From Candidatus Firestoneibacteriota bacterium (GTDB taxonomy: Bacteria > Oederibacteriota > D2-FULL-39-29 > JBDRBU01): a stretch of 53,556 nt of DNA. The position numbers and the translations under genes are program-made. The stretch spans positions 1 to 53,556 of the forward strand of contig JBDRBU010000123.1 of the NCBI GenBank assembly GCA_043822305.1, in the 5' to 3' direction. A model generated the notes under the pieces. The model saw nothing but the letters and a program-made list of their open reading frames with translations, searched no databases and had not been told where the DNA came from. Shown in pieces: positions 1 through 10,177 of this stretch (the first letter of the stretch is position 1; each line of letters begins with the position of its first letter).

Positions 1-4
1 GAAT

Positions 5-1699
5 GTGATCGATAATCAGACGGGAGATGATACATGGAGGAGTGCAGCCGGGACTATATACGATGTAGATTTTTCAGATACAGGAGAAAGTTTATTAAAT
101 TATGCTCAGTACACGATATGGAGTTCTACAGGACAGACAGGAACACAATTAAAAGTATGGACAGATATAGCTACAGGAATAAATGCAAGTAGTTATACGA
201 CAGATTGGCCGGTAGATTTTGCAGCATGTCAGGAAGGAACAAATTATGTAAGTGTGAGGATATATGATAACGCAGGAAATAGTGCAAGTCAGTATGATGT
301 CTTTTATGTAAAGAAATTGGACATTACACCGCCAGGTGCAATTACTGATCTTGCAATATTAGCAGGATATACTGGAAATATAGTGAAGATTAGTTGGACA
401 TCTCCTGGTGATGATGGATATGTTGGTACCGCAACAAGTTATGTAGTGAAATATTCGACAAATCCAATAAACAATCAAATAGATTTTGATAATGCTATTA
501 CTTATACTCAAAATCCAATTTGGACTCCATGGCCAGCAGGTAATCAGGAGAATAAAACTTTAACCATGCCAGTGACTGGAGTAATATACTATATTGTTAT
601 TGAAACAAAAGATGAAATTGGAAATCAATCTGCATTATGTAATATTGCCGTTCCTCAAATAGACTCTGTTTTTCCGGATTCTCCAGTAGGTATAAAAGGT
701 ACTTTTGATGACACAGGACATTTTGTTATAAGTTGGTCAGCAGTAAATAAGAATCAAAATGGAAATGATATAACCGATTTAAGTGGGTATAGAATTTATC
801 GGTCTACTAATTCTGATGGGGATTATGTTATAAAAGGATTTGTTTCTAAAGAAGTTTTAACCTGGACTGATTCTGAAGATATTTCTTCTACTACTTATTA
901 TTATGTGGTAAAATCAGTTGATTTTGTTGGAAACGAAAGCTCGGATTCTATGGGCATTGTGTGTATAAATAATAAGAATAATAATGTTTCGCTTGTTTTT
1001 AATAATGCAGAATTTAAAATATCGCTTTCTGATGAAGTAAATGATATTATATATAAAGATGGAAATCAATATAATGAAGACATTCGTATCCGTATCTATA
1101 GACAGGAATCATCTAAAAAAGGGGTAATAGGTGGTGTTTATGAGGTTAAATGTCTGGTTGGATATAAAGATATCCAAAACTTTATGTTTTTGAAGCCTGC
1201 TGATTTTGTTTTCAATTATGAAAAAGCAAATAACTCACCTAAAACTCTAAGTAGTAATGACCAAAGTGAGCAGAATTTAGCTGTTTTCTGGTATGACCAT
1301 GTGAGATGGATTAAATTAGGTGGAAAAGTAGATACAGTAAAGAAAACAATCTCCATAAAAACAACAAGAATTGGTGAATTTATGGTTAGGGAAACTATTC
1401 AAGCGACGGAATTTAAAATTAGAGAACTTTCTCCAGCTAAGATATTTACTCCAAGGAGAGCACCTTATAATAAAGTGGAAATTTTCTTTGATAATCCACA
1501 ATATAGCAATATTGATAAAGCAAAAATTTATGATATTACTGGAGCTGAGGTAGCAGACTTGCAACCCGGCAGTACTGAAAATTCTCTTATGTGGGATGGA
1601 ACGGATAAGAATGGAAATGTGGTTCATAGCGGTGTCTATATTTATCAGATTGAAGCAGAGAATAAAGTTTTTAATGGAACTATTGTCGTGGCTAAGTAA
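5..1699 (+). CDS. C-terminal part of a large secreted/surface protein: fibronectin type III-like domains plus FlgD-Ig/T9SS-type C-terminal domain (5' end probably outside window)
   Basis: FN3-like motifs (DITPPGAITDL...ISWTSPGDDG; ISWSAV...GYRIYRS...YYYVVKSVDFVGNES). The C-terminus IFTP...KIYDITG...WDGTDKNGNVVHSGVYIYQI is a FlgD-Ig type CTD. The ORF runs to the window edge. Confidence 0.75.
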   Translation: MIDNQTGDDTWRSAAGTIYDVDFSDTGESLLNYAQYTIWSSTGQTGTQLKVWTDIATGINASSYTTDWPVDFAACQEGTNYVSVRIYDNAGNSASQYDVFYVKKLDITPPGAITDLAILAGYTGNIVKISWTSPGDDGYVGTATSYVVKYSTNPINNQIDFDNAITYTQNPIWTPWPAGNQENKTLTMPVTGVIYYIVIETKDEIGNQSALCNIAVPQIDSVFPDSPVGIKGTFDDTGHFVISWSAVNKNQNGNDITDLSGYRIYRSTNSDGDYVIKGFVSKEVLTWTDSEDISSTTYYYVVKSVDFVGNESSDSMGIVCINNKNNNVSLVFNNAEFKISLSDEVNDIIYKDGNQYNEDIRIRIYRQESSKKGVIGGVYEVKCLVGYKDIQNFMFLKPADFVFNYEKANNSPKTLSSNDQSEQNLAVFWYDHVRWIKLGGKVDTVKKTISIKTTRIGEFMVRETIQATEFKIRELSPAKIFTPRRAPYNKVEIFFDNPQYSNIDKAKIYDITGAEVADLQPGSTENSLMWDGTDKNGNVVHSGVYIYQIEAENKVFNGTIVVAK

Positions 1700-1717
1700 A
1701 AACGAAAGGAGATAGTA

Positions 1718-3100
1718 ATGGGTTTTGAAGGCAAAAATGAGGCAGAAAATTATTTTACTAATTTTCAAGAACAACCGGGTTCTGAACTTCAAAAAACACT
1801 TTTAGATGAGCTCAAAAAAGTAAGATATGCAAGAACTGAAGAAAAAAAAGTGTTGAGCGAAACAATATCTAATTTAAAAAAGCAACTGGCCGAAAAGCAG
1901 GTGGAACTAAAGCAAAGAGAAGCAGCTATGAAAGAGAAATATGAACTTAGTCATCAGCAGTTGCGTAACGAGAAACAGCAATTGATGAAAGAATTAAACA
2001 GTCTTCGATCTTACAATGAAGAACTGAAACTTGCAAAAAAGATAGTTCAGGAAAATGCTAAGGTGGAAATGGAAACAGTTATTAAGAATATACTTATTCA
2101 GGAATATGAAAAGATCCCGAAAGGTATAAACGAGAATTTCTCCGAAAAAGAAGAAATTGAAAAGATAACTATATTATACAAAGAAAGTCTTTCTATGTTA
2201 AAGAAAGAGCAAGAAACACTTTTATCCGAAAAAATAAGTCAACTAAAACAAATTGAGGAAATGGTTGAGTCTTTGAAACAAGAGAAAAACATATTACATG
2301 TTGGTTATGAAGAAAAGTTGCAGGAAGTTGATCGGCTTAATCTGGAAGTGCAAGATTTAAAGAAAGAGATGAATACTGTAAAAGAAAAACGCCAGGAGAT
2401 GATGAAAGACAATAATAATGTTTTGTTGAAAAAAGATGAACATTCCCTTTTAGAAGAACTTGTATTTGGGATATCTCATCAAATTCGTAATCCTTTAGGG
2501 GTTATCAGTGCCAATGCTCAATTTTTATTAAGCAAGAAACAAGGCGAAAAAGAAAAAGAGATATTAGAAGGAGTTCTGCGAAGCGCTCAAAATATAGAAG
2601 AAAGAATTGAAGTGTTTTTTGAACTTGTTAAACCTCCTATTCAGTCTCTTAAAACTGTTTCTTTGAATAATGTTTTAGATGTGGTTGTTTCACTTGTTGA
2701 ACAAAAATGTAAAGTTCAAAATGTGAAATTAATCAAAGATTATCCTGCTGATTTACCCATGATGTCATTAGATGTTAATAGACTTAAATTAGTATTCCTT
2801 AATGTCATGCTAAATTCTTTAAGTGCTATGCCAGAAGGTGGTAATATTAATGTAAATGCTTGTTTAGATTCCGAGAAAAAAGGAATAGTAATTAAAATTA
2901 TTGATGATGGTTGTGGTGTCTCAAAGAAAAATATTTCACAAGTTTTTATGCCATTTTTTACCACAAAAGAAGGGTCTTTAGGGTTAGGCTTATTTTTTGC
3001 TAAAATAGTAGTGCAAGCTCATGGCGGGCAAATTAATATTGTAAACAATACTGGTAGTAAAGGTGCTACCGTTATGATATTTTTACCTTTAGCCATGTAA
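1718..3100 (+). CDS. Cytoplasmic sensor histidine kinase with long N-terminal coiled coil (HisKA + HATPase_c)
   Basis: H-box GISHQIRNPL, N-box NVMLNS, G1 DDGCG, F-box FMPFFTTK, G2 GLGL. About 240 aa E/K/Q-rich N-terminus with no TM. RBS AAGGAG. Confidence 0.9.
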   Translation: MGFEGKNEAENYFTNFQEQPGSELQKTLLDELKKVRYARTEEKKVLSETISNLKKQLAEKQVELKQREAAMKEKYELSHQQLRNEKQQLMKELNSLRSYNEELKLAKKIVQENAKVEMETVIKNILIQEYEKIPKGINENFSEKEEIEKITILYKESLSMLKKEQETLLSEKISQLKQIEEMVESLKQEKNILHVGYEEKLQEVDRLNLEVQDLKKEMNTVKEKRQEMMKDNNNVLLKKDEHSLLEELVFGISHQIRNPLGVISANAQFLLSKKQGEKEKEILEGVLRSAQNIEERIEVFFELVKPPIQSLKTVSLNNVLDVVVSLVEQKCKVQNVKLIKDYPADLPMMSLDVNRLKLVFLNVMLNSLSAMPEGGNINVNACLDSEKKGIVIKIIDDGCGVSKKNISQVFMPFFTTKEGSLGLGLFFAKIVVQAHGGQINIVNNTGSKGATVMIFLPLAM

Positions 3101-3114
3101 AAAGGAGTTTATTT

Positions 3115-4341
3115 ATGTCAACCATTCTTGTTGTTGATGATGAAAAAGATATGAGGACTTCTCTAACTAACATTTTAGAATCGGACGGTCATTCTGTTAT
3201 AGATGCTTCTAATGGAAAAACGGCATTAGAAAAGATAGAGAAAGAAAAGCCTGATGTAGTCTTGCTTGATCTTTGCATGCCAGAGATGGATGGTATGCAG
3301 ACATTAAATAAGATAAAAGAGATAGATAGTGAAATTCCTGTAATTATGATTACTGGTTATGGAAGTACCAGAACTTCAGTAGAAATAATGAAATTAGGAG
3401 CGGTAGATTATTTTTCTAAGCCTTTTGATTATGAAGAAGTGCTGAATGCAATAAGAAAAAGCGTTCAAATAAAAGAATTAAAAAAAGGTTCAAGTCTGTT
3501 TGAAAAACAATCAGCCAAAGAATTAGCCAACAATAAGAGTGAAGAAGCAAAATTACAAACGCACAAAACCAAGATTAATGAAAAAACGAAATATTGGTTT
3601 AAGTTTAAAATGCCGATTTTGGTTTTTAGCCTTCTGTTTCTAACTTTAATAGTAGCCGGTATAGAAAATAAGTATTATTGGAAAGTCAGGACATATGAAG
3701 TTCCATACAGTAATGTTTCTGCTCTGGCTAATGATGGACGAAATTTGTGGGTAAATGATTGGGTTACAAATATCATTTATAAACAAAGTTTAGATAGAAA
3801 TCTCTCGGTTGTCCAAGAATATCGTTTCCCTGATATGCATTTAACTGGAATAGCTCTAGATTCTAACTATCTCTTTAGTTGTGATCTAGAGAAAAAACAG
3901 ATACATAAACACAGGTTAGATGATGCTCTTACAATTGTTTCTACTTATACTATTTCAGGAACCAGTCCTTCAGGACTTTTTTGGGATGGTAAATATCTAT
4001 GGTCGTGTGATACTGATACTGATAAGATTTATAAACATATAATCACTGATGGCAAACTTGTTAGAGTAGAAACATACTCTAGTCCTGGTAGTGACACTAT
4101 TGGATTATATCATGATAGTGAATATTTCTGGTCAGCCGATGCTGGAACAAATAAAGTATATAAACATGAACTTGATAAGTCTCTTTCTGTTGTAGCCACT
4201 TATAAAATACCAAGGATTGAAGGAGCAATTTCTGCTTTTACACTGTCACGCGGGGCAGTTTGGGTAACTGTTGAAGAGACCAATAAAATATACTCTTATA
4301 ATATCAGAAGTCTTGAAAAAGTATCGCAATTATCTAAATGA
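3115..4341 (+). CDS. Response regulator receiver fused via a TM helix to a beta-propeller-like repeat domain
   Basis: Receiver residues VVDDE, LLDL, ITGY, SKPF. TM ILVFSLLFLTLIVAGI. Repeats of L/F-W-S-C/A-D..T.KIYKH. Confidence 0.85.
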   Translation: MSTILVVDDEKDMRTSLTNILESDGHSVIDASNGKTALEKIEKEKPDVVLLDLCMPEMDGMQTLNKIKEIDSEIPVIMITGYGSTRTSVEIMKLGAVDYFSKPFDYEEVLNAIRKSVQIKELKKGSSLFEKQSAKELANNKSEEAKLQTHKTKINEKTKYWFKFKMPILVFSLLFLTLIVAGIENKYYWKVRTYEVPYSNVSALANDGRNLWVNDWVTNIIYKQSLDRNLSVVQEYRFPDMHLTGIALDSNYLFSCDLEKKQIHKHRLDDALTIVSTYTISGTSPSGLFWDGKYLWSCDTDTDKIYKHIITDGKLVRVETYSSPGSDTIGLYHDSEYFWSADAGTNKVYKHELDKSLSVVATYKIPRIEGAISAFTLSRGAVWVTVEETNKIYSYNIRSLEKVSQLSK

Positions 4342-4419
4342 AATTCTTGTTCAAAAAGTCATTGATTACACAATAAAATCCACCAAAAAAGTAAATCCTT
4401 TACTTTAACAAATTTGATA

Positions 4420-4448
4420 TTGACAGAAGGTAAAGATTTTGCTATAAT
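4420..4448 (+). promoter_or_regulatory. Sigma70-type promoter of acpP
   Basis: TTGACA (4420-4425), 17 bp spacer, TATAAT (4443-4448), with TG extended -10. Confidence 0.8.
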
Positions 4449-4499
4449 TTTAAATAAAAAAAATTTAGAAGATAAGCAAAATTAATGAAAGGAGGAAAA

Positions 4500-4739
4500 A
4501 TGGCTACATTAGAAGAAAGAGTAAAGAAAATCATAGTTGAACAGTTAGGAGTTGAGGAGACTGAGGTTACTCCTGATGCATCGTTTGTTGAGGATTTGGG
4601 AGCAGACTCCTTGGATACTGTTGAACTTGTTATGGCCTTTGAAGAAGAGTTTAGCGTAGAGATCCCTGACCAGGATGCAGAGAAAATCAAAACAGTTAAT
4701 GAAGTCATAGGGTATCTAAAGACAAAAGTAGGTACCTAA
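4500..4739 (+). CDS. acpP: Acyl carrier protein
   Basis: [12 protein letters not shown] phosphopantetheine motif. RBS GGAGG before ATG 4500. Confidence 0.97.
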   Translation: MATLEERVKKIIVEQLGVEETEVTPDASFVEDLGADSLDTVELVMAFEEEFSVEIPDQDAEKIKTVNEVIGYLKTKVGT

Positions 4740-4793
4740 GGGTTAGAGACGACCAAAGGAAGGACGACACCCCGACTCATGGATCAGGCTAAT

Positions 4794-4820
4794 ATCGTCC
4801 CATGTAAAATGGGACGCTAC
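4794..4820 (-). repeat. GTAG-led REP-like hairpin (class 2; GTAGCGTCCCATTTTAyATGGGACGAT)
   Basis: Reverse complement matches 50251-50277 with one mismatch in the loop. Stem CGTCCCAT/ATGGGACG. Confidence 0.75.
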
Positions 4821-4854
4821 GCAGAATTTAATATTAGAATAGTAAAAAACTAGG

Positions 4855-4891
4855 ACAACCCCCTAGCCCCCTTTATTAAGGGGGAATTAAA
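4855..4891 (+). repeat. C/G-run hairpin repeat (ACAACCCCCTArCCCCCTTTATTAAGGGGGAATTAAA)
   Basis: Near-identical copies at 8099, 10178, 18967, 29605, 38234 and 50980. Confidence 0.85.
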
Positions 4892-4917
4892 GAATATTTC
4901 ACGGGGAGAAGGAATAT

Positions 4918-6156
4918 ATGAAAAGAAGAGTGGTTGTTACCGGAATGGGAGTAATATCTCCTGCGGGTAATGATGTTAATACATTTTGGAAATCTTTATG
5001 CGCTGGTGTGAGTACAGCAGATAGAATAACAAAATTTGACCCTACTAATTTTGAAACTCAATTTGCTTGTGAAGTAAAAGGATTTGACCCTTTGAAATAT
5101 ATTGATAAAAAAAGTGTAAGAAGAATGGATGGCTTTGTCCATTATGCTATCGCGGCTGCATCTCAGTCAATTTCCGATGCAAAATTAGATTTAAATAAAG
5201 AAGATTTAACCAAAATAGGAGTTGTCGTTGGGTCTGGCATAGGAGGACTTTCTACTTTAGAGGATCAAGTAAAGGTATTTTTAGAGAGAGGTCCTTCCAG
5301 AGTAAGTCCGTTTTTTATCCCTATGATGCTTTCAAATATGGCTTCTGGCCAGATTTCAATAATTTTTGGTTTAAAAGGACCAAGTGCTTGTATTGTCACA
5401 GCATGTGCTACAGGAAATAGTTGTATAGGGGAATCTTTTAAACTTATTCAATATGGCGATGCTGATGTTATGGTCGCCGGAGGTACAGAATATGCGATTA
5501 CACAATTAGCTGTATCCGGATTTTGTGCCGCCAGAGCCCTTTCCATAAGAAATGATGACCCAAAGAGGGCCAGTAGACCTTTTGATAAAAATAGAAATGG
5601 TTTTGTAATTGGAGAAGGAGCAGGCATAATAATACTTGAAGAACTTGAACATGCCTTAAAAAGAGGAGTACCTATATATTGCGAACTCATTGGATACGGG
5701 TTGTCTTCTGATGCATATCATATTACTTCGCCGGCTCCGGGTGGAGAAGGTGGTGCCTTAGCCATGGCTAATGCCATTAAAGATGCTAACTTAAAACCGG
5801 AGGATATAGATTATATAAATGCTCATGGAACTTCAACTCTGGCTGGGGACATTTCAGAAACTGATGCCATAAAGAAAACATTTAAGGAGCATTCTTATAA
5901 ACTGGCTATAAGTGCGAATAAATCAATGATAGGTCATTTGCTTGGTGCTGCTGGTGGAGTAGAAGGTATTGCTACAGTTTTAACAATAAAAAATAGTATA
6001 ATACCCCCTACTATTAATTATGAGGAAAAGGATCCCCAGTGTGACCTTAACTATGTTCCGAATAAAGCCATGCAGAAAGAAGTTAAAGTTGCTTTAAGCA
6101 ACTCATTTGGATTCGGTGGGCACAATGCAACCATTGTTTTAAAGAGATACGAATGA
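4918..6156 (+). CDS. fabF: 3-oxoacyl-ACP synthase II
   Basis: TACATG catalytic Cys, NAHGTST, GHLLGAAG, SNSFGFGGHN. Confidence 0.97.
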   Translation: MKRRVVVTGMGVISPAGNDVNTFWKSLCAGVSTADRITKFDPTNFETQFACEVKGFDPLKYIDKKSVRRMDGFVHYAIAAASQSISDAKLDLNKEDLTKIGVVVGSGIGGLSTLEDQVKVFLERGPSRVSPFFIPMMLSNMASGQISIIFGLKGPSACIVTACATGNSCIGESFKLIQYGDADVMVAGGTEYAITQLAVSGFCAARALSIRNDDPKRASRPFDKNRNGFVIGEGAGIIILEELEHALKRGVPIYCELIGYGLSSDAYHITSPAPGGEGGALAMANAIKDANLKPEDIDYINAHGTSTLAGDISETDAIKKTFKEHSYKLAISANKSMIGHLLGAAGGVEGIATVLTIKNSIIPPTINYEEKDPQCDLNYVPNKAMQKEVKVALSNSFGFGGHNATIVLKRYE

Positions 6157-6866
6157 GTAAAATTTCATCTTTAAGAGAAGAAAAACTAATTGAATTTCAA
6201 AGAAATTTAAATTTAAATTTCAAAGATTTATTTTTATTGAACCAGTCGTTAATTCACACTTCGTATGTTAATGAAAATAAACTTTCTAAATTGGAATCTA
6301 ATGAAAGATTGGAATTACTCGGGGATGCTGTTTTAAATTTGGTAACAACCGAGTATTTATATGAAAAGTATCAAAATTATGATGAGGGTGATTTAACAAA
6401 AATAAAATCTGTTTTAGTCAGTAAGCCAATTCTGGCTAAAGAGTCATTAAGATTAAATATTGGAGAGTATATTTTACTTGGTAAAGGAGAAGAGATTTTA
6501 GGAGGAAGAAAAAAGGAGTCACTACTTGCAAATGTTTTTGAATCTTTAATTGGTGCTTATTACTTAGATAGTGGCTTAGGTGAAGTAAAAAAATTTATCG
6601 TCCAAACTTTTTTAAAAAATGCAAATACTGAAGAAGAAACAAGTGATTTTAAGACTAAATTACAGGAGTTTGTACAAGGGAAATATAAGAAAAGACCGGT
6701 TTATATAGTTTTAAACCATTCTGGGCCACAACATCAAAAAGTGTTTTTAGTTAAAGTATGTTTTAGAGGTAATGTTTTAGGAAAAGGAAAAGGAGTTAAT
6801 AAAAAAGAAGCAGAACAACAAGCAGCAAAAGATGCACTTGAAAAAATAAATGGTAAAATATTGTAG
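6153..6866 (+). CDS. rnc: Ribonuclease III
   Basis: NERLELLGDAVL signature and C-terminal dsRBD (KKEAEQQAA). Confidence 0.95.
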   Translation: MSKISSLREEKLIEFQRNLNLNFKDLFLLNQSLIHTSYVNENKLSKLESNERLELLGDAVLNLVTTEYLYEKYQNYDEGDLTKIKSVLVSKPILAKESLRLNIGEYILLGKGEEILGGRKKESLLANVFESLIGAYYLDSGLGEVKKFIVQTFLKNANTEEETSDFKTKLQEFVQGKYKKRPVYIVLNHSGPQHQKVFLVKVCFRGNVLGKGKGVNKKEAEQQAAKDALEKINGKIL

Positions 6867-6886
6867 TCGCAGGCTTTAGCCTGCGT
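6863..6886 (+). repeat. GTAG-led REP-like hairpin (class 1; GTAGTCGCAGGCTTTAGCCTGCGT), supplies the rnc stop codon
   Basis: Copies at 8141, 11371, 25352 and (split) 26886. The TAG of GTAG is the rnc stop. Confidence 0.85.
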
Positions 6887-6917
6887 AGTTTACCAGATAC
6901 TTATAAGGAGCGAAATT

Positions 6918-8078
6918 ATGGAATATTTTTTAACAGAAGAACAGAAGATGATCGTCGAAACGGCAAAGGAGTTTGCAGAAAAGAAAATCAAACCAGTAAG
7001 AGAAAAATATGATGAAGAAGAAATTTTTCCATGGGATGTAATTCAGGCCATGGGAGAAGCAGATTTATGTGGATTGTATATCCCGGCTGAATATGGTGGT
7101 TTTGGTGGATGGGCTCTTGAATTAGCTTTAGCGGTTGAAGAGATGAGTAAGGTTTGTGGAGGTATTACACTGGCTATGGCGGCTACAGCCCTGGGAACAT
7201 TCCCATTACTTCTTTTCGGAAATGAAGAACAAAAGAAAAAGTATTTACCCGATATTGCCAAAGGTAAAAAATTAGCAGCGTTTGGATTAACAGAAGCAAA
7301 TGCAGGTTCTGATGCATCTTCTATGCAAACAACAGCCGTAAAAGAGGGAGATTATTACATATTAAATGGAACAAAGCAATGGATTACAAATGGTGGTGAA
7401 GCAGAAATATATAATATTATAGCCATGACCGACAAAACAAAAGGTTCGCGAGGTGCAACATGTTTTACTTTAGAAAAAGGAACTCCCGGTTTTACATTTG
7501 GTAAAAAAGAAAGGAAAATGGGAATTCGTGCTTCGGCGACGAGAGAACTTGTATTTACTAACTGTAAAGTTCATAAAGACCAAATTATTGGCAAAGAAGG
7601 GATGGGTTTTATTGTCGCGGTTAATACTTTGTATGTTTCTAGACCGGGTGTAGCGGCACAAGCCTTAGGTATTGCCTCAGGTGCCTTAGAAGAAGCAATT
7701 AATTACGCCAGGGTAAGAAAACAATTTGGTCAGCCAATTATTGGATTTCAGGCCGTTCAACATATGTTAGCGGATATGGCCACAGAAGTAGAAGCAGCCA
7801 GAGCATTACTTTATGCTACCTGTAGAATGATAGATAGTCGAAAGGTAAAAAGTTTTGCAAAAGAATCTGCCATGAGTAAATTATATTGTTCAGATGTTGC
7901 TATGAGAGTTACAACTAATGCCGTGCAAATATTTGGTGGATATGGTTATATGAAAGAATATCCAGTTGAAAAGATGATGAGAGATGCAAAAATTACTCAA
8001 ATCTATGAAGGAACAAACCAAATTCAAAGAAATGAAATAGCGTTGCAATTAATAAAAGAAGCCGCATCGAAAAAATAA
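6918..8078 (+). CDS. Acyl-CoA dehydrogenase (Bcd/CarC-like)
   Basis: FGLTEANAGSD, GTKQWITNG, QIFGGYGY, QIYEGTNQIQR. Confidence 0.93.
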   Translation: MEYFLTEEQKMIVETAKEFAEKKIKPVREKYDEEEIFPWDVIQAMGEADLCGLYIPAEYGGFGGWALELALAVEEMSKVCGGITLAMAATALGTFPLLLFGNEEQKKKYLPDIAKGKKLAAFGLTEANAGSDASSMQTTAVKEGDYYILNGTKQWITNGGEAEIYNIIAMTDKTKGSRGATCFTLEKGTPGFTFGKKERKMGIRASATRELVFTNCKVHKDQIIGKEGMGFIVAVNTLYVSRPGVAAQALGIASGALEEAINYARVRKQFGQPIIGFQAVQHMLADMATEVEAARALLYATCRMIDSRKVKSFAKESAMSKLYCSDVAMRVTTNAVQIFGGYGYMKEYPVEKMMRDAKITQIYEGTNQIQRNEIALQLIKEAASKK

Positions 8079-8098
8079 AGACTTATTGCGAATTTTTA

Positions 8099-8163
8099 AC
8101 AACCCCCTAACCCCCTTTATTAAGGGGGAATTAAATCTTTGTAGTCGCAGGCTTTAGCCTGCG
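8099..8163 (+). repeat. Composite: C/G-run hairpin repeat (8099-8135) plus GTAG REP class 1 (8141-8163)
   Basis: Both motifs are directly visible between the acyl-CoA dehydrogenase gene and etfB. Confidence 0.85.
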
Positions 8164-8173
8164 GGAGTAAGAC

Positions 8174-8971
8174 ATGAATATTGTAGTTTGCATAAAACAA
8201 GTTCCTGGGACAACAAAAGTAGCCATTAATCCGATAACGAATACTTTAATTAGAGAAGGTATTGAAAGTATAGTTAATCCTTTTGATATGTATGCTCTTG
8301 AAGAAGGTATAAGATTAAAGGAAAAATTTGGCGGGAAAGTTACTGTTATGACCATGGGACCGCCACAGGCAAAAGAAGCACTAAAAATGGCTATGGGCAT
8401 GGGTGCTGATGATGCCGTGCTAATATCTGACAGAGCATTTGCCGGTTCGGATACACTGGCCACTTCTTATACTTTATCTAAAGGAATAAAAAAAATAGGA
8501 GATTTTGATATAATAATATGTGGCAAACAAGCCATGGATGGAGATACGGCCCAGGTTGGACCTGGTATCTCTCATTGGTTAAATATTCCATTTGTGGCCT
8601 GGGTTAGAAAAATAGAAGAAGTTAAAGAAGAAGATAAATATATAAAGGTAGAAAGATTAATGGAAGATGGTTATGAAATTATAGAAAGTCCGTTACCTGT
8701 TCTTCTTTCAGTTGTAAAAGAAATCAATGAACCAAGGATTGAATCATTAAAAGGAAAAATGAAAGCAAAAAATTATAATATTCCTGTCTGGAGTGCCAAG
8801 GATTTAGAATGTGACCCGGATTATATTGGACTTAGAGGTTCTCCAACAATTGTTAATAAAATTTTTGTACCGGTAAGATCCTGTAAAAAAGAGATAATAG
8901 AAGGGAATTTCGTAGAAGAAAAGGTAGATAAGTTAATTGCTAAATTAAAAGATGCAAAGTTAGTAATGTGA
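8174..8971 (+). CDS. etfB: Electron transfer flavoprotein beta subunit
   Basis: VCIKQVP, NPFDMYALEE, DRAFAGSDTLAT, GKQAMDGDTAQVGP. Confidence 0.95.
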   Translation: MNIVVCIKQVPGTTKVAINPITNTLIREGIESIVNPFDMYALEEGIRLKEKFGGKVTVMTMGPPQAKEALKMAMGMGADDAVLISDRAFAGSDTLATSYTLSKGIKKIGDFDIIICGKQAMDGDTAQVGPGISHWLNIPFVAWVRKIEEVKEEDKYIKVERLMEDGYEIIESPLPVLLSVVKEINEPRIESLKGKMKAKNYNIPVWSAKDLECDPDYIGLRGSPTIVNKIFVPVRSCKKEIIEGNFVEEKVDKLIAKLKDAKLVM

Positions 8972-8983
8972 TGGAGAAATTAA

Positions 8984-10174
8984 GTGGCCATATATGTTTT
9001 AACTGATAAATGTGCAGGATGTAAATTATGTGTGCATGCTTGTGTGCAACAAGCGATGACAATAGTAGAAAAAAAAGCAGTTATAGATGTGGCAAAATGC
9101 AATTACTGTGGTGCATGTATTCCCGCGTGTAAAAAATTTCAAGCCATTATAATAGAGATAGAAAGAAAAGTATCTAATCAGGATTTATCTCTTTATAAAG
9201 GAGTATGGGTTTTTGCAGAACAAAGACACGGGGAAATATCAAGCGTAGCGTATGAATTATTAGGAGAAGGCAGAAAATTAGCTGGTTCACTTGGCGAAGA
9301 AGTTTCTGCAGTTTTACTTGGTGAAAATATTACATCAAAGGCAAATGAATTAATTCATTATGGTGCTGATAATGTTTATGTAGTAGATTCACCCGAGCTA
9401 AAGGATTTTAATGATGAGCCATATGCTAAGACTTTAGTTGAGCTTGTAAAGGAATATAAACCAAATATAGTTTTAGCCGGAGCAACATCTATAGGCCGGT
9501 CATTTATTCCAAAAGCAGCTAGTTTACTTGAGACAGGTTTAACGGCTGATTGTACACACTTTGCTATAGATGAAAAAACCAGGTTACTTCTACAAACCAG
9601 ACCAGCCTTTGGTGGAAATTTAATGGCCACAATTACCTGTTCTAATTTTAGACCACAGATGGCTACTGGTAGACATAAGGTATTTAAAAAGTTCGCAAAA
9701 GATGAAGCCAGAAAAGGAAAGATAATATCAAAAGCAATAGAAGGGGATTCATTAAAATCCAGAACAAAACTAATAGAATTTGTTAAAGAGGTTGAATCCA
9801 CTGTTAATTTATCTGAAGCAGATATTATAGTCTCCGGTGGAAGAGGGCTGGGAGAGGCGAAAAACTTTGCACTAATTCGGGAGTTAGCAGAATTAATCAA
9901 TGGTGCCGTTGGAGCTTCCCGGGCCACAGTAGATGCAGGCTGGATTCCTTATTCACACCAGGTAGGGCAGACCGGAAAGACAGTATGTCCAAAATTATAT
10001 ATAGCCATTGGTATATCAGGTGCAATCCAACATATGGCTGGTATGCAATCTTCTGAAAATATAGTTGCCATAAATAAAGACCCTTCTGCACCAATATTTG
10101 AGATAGCAACATATGGTCTGGTTGGAGATTTGTTTGAGGTTGTCCCGGCTATAATATCAAAGTTAAAAAAATAA
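8984..10174 (+). CDS. etfA: Electron transfer flavoprotein alpha subunit with N-terminal 2x[4Fe-4S] ferredoxin domain
   Basis: CAGCKLCVHAC and CNYCGACIPAC. Also GLTADCT, RPAFGGN, QVGQTGK, GISGAIQH. Confidence 0.95.
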   Translation: MAIYVLTDKCAGCKLCVHACVQQAMTIVEKKAVIDVAKCNYCGACIPACKKFQAIIIEIERKVSNQDLSLYKGVWVFAEQRHGEISSVAYELLGEGRKLAGSLGEEVSAVLLGENITSKANELIHYGADNVYVVDSPELKDFNDEPYAKTLVELVKEYKPNIVLAGATSIGRSFIPKAASLLETGLTADCTHFAIDEKTRLLLQTRPAFGGNLMATITCSNFRPQMATGRHKVFKKFAKDEARKGKIISKAIEGDSLKSRTKLIEFVKEVESTVNLSEADIIVSGGRGLGEAKNFALIRELAELINGAVGASRATVDAGWIPYSHQVGQTGKTVCPKLYIAIGISGAIQHMAGMQSSENIVAINKDPSAPIFEIATYGLVGDLFEVVPAIISKLKK

Positions 10175-10177
10175 ATG

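Noticed and set aside
4741..4793. GC-richer stretch after acpP as a possible ncRNA
   Set aside because: No recognisable family, second copy or convincing fold.
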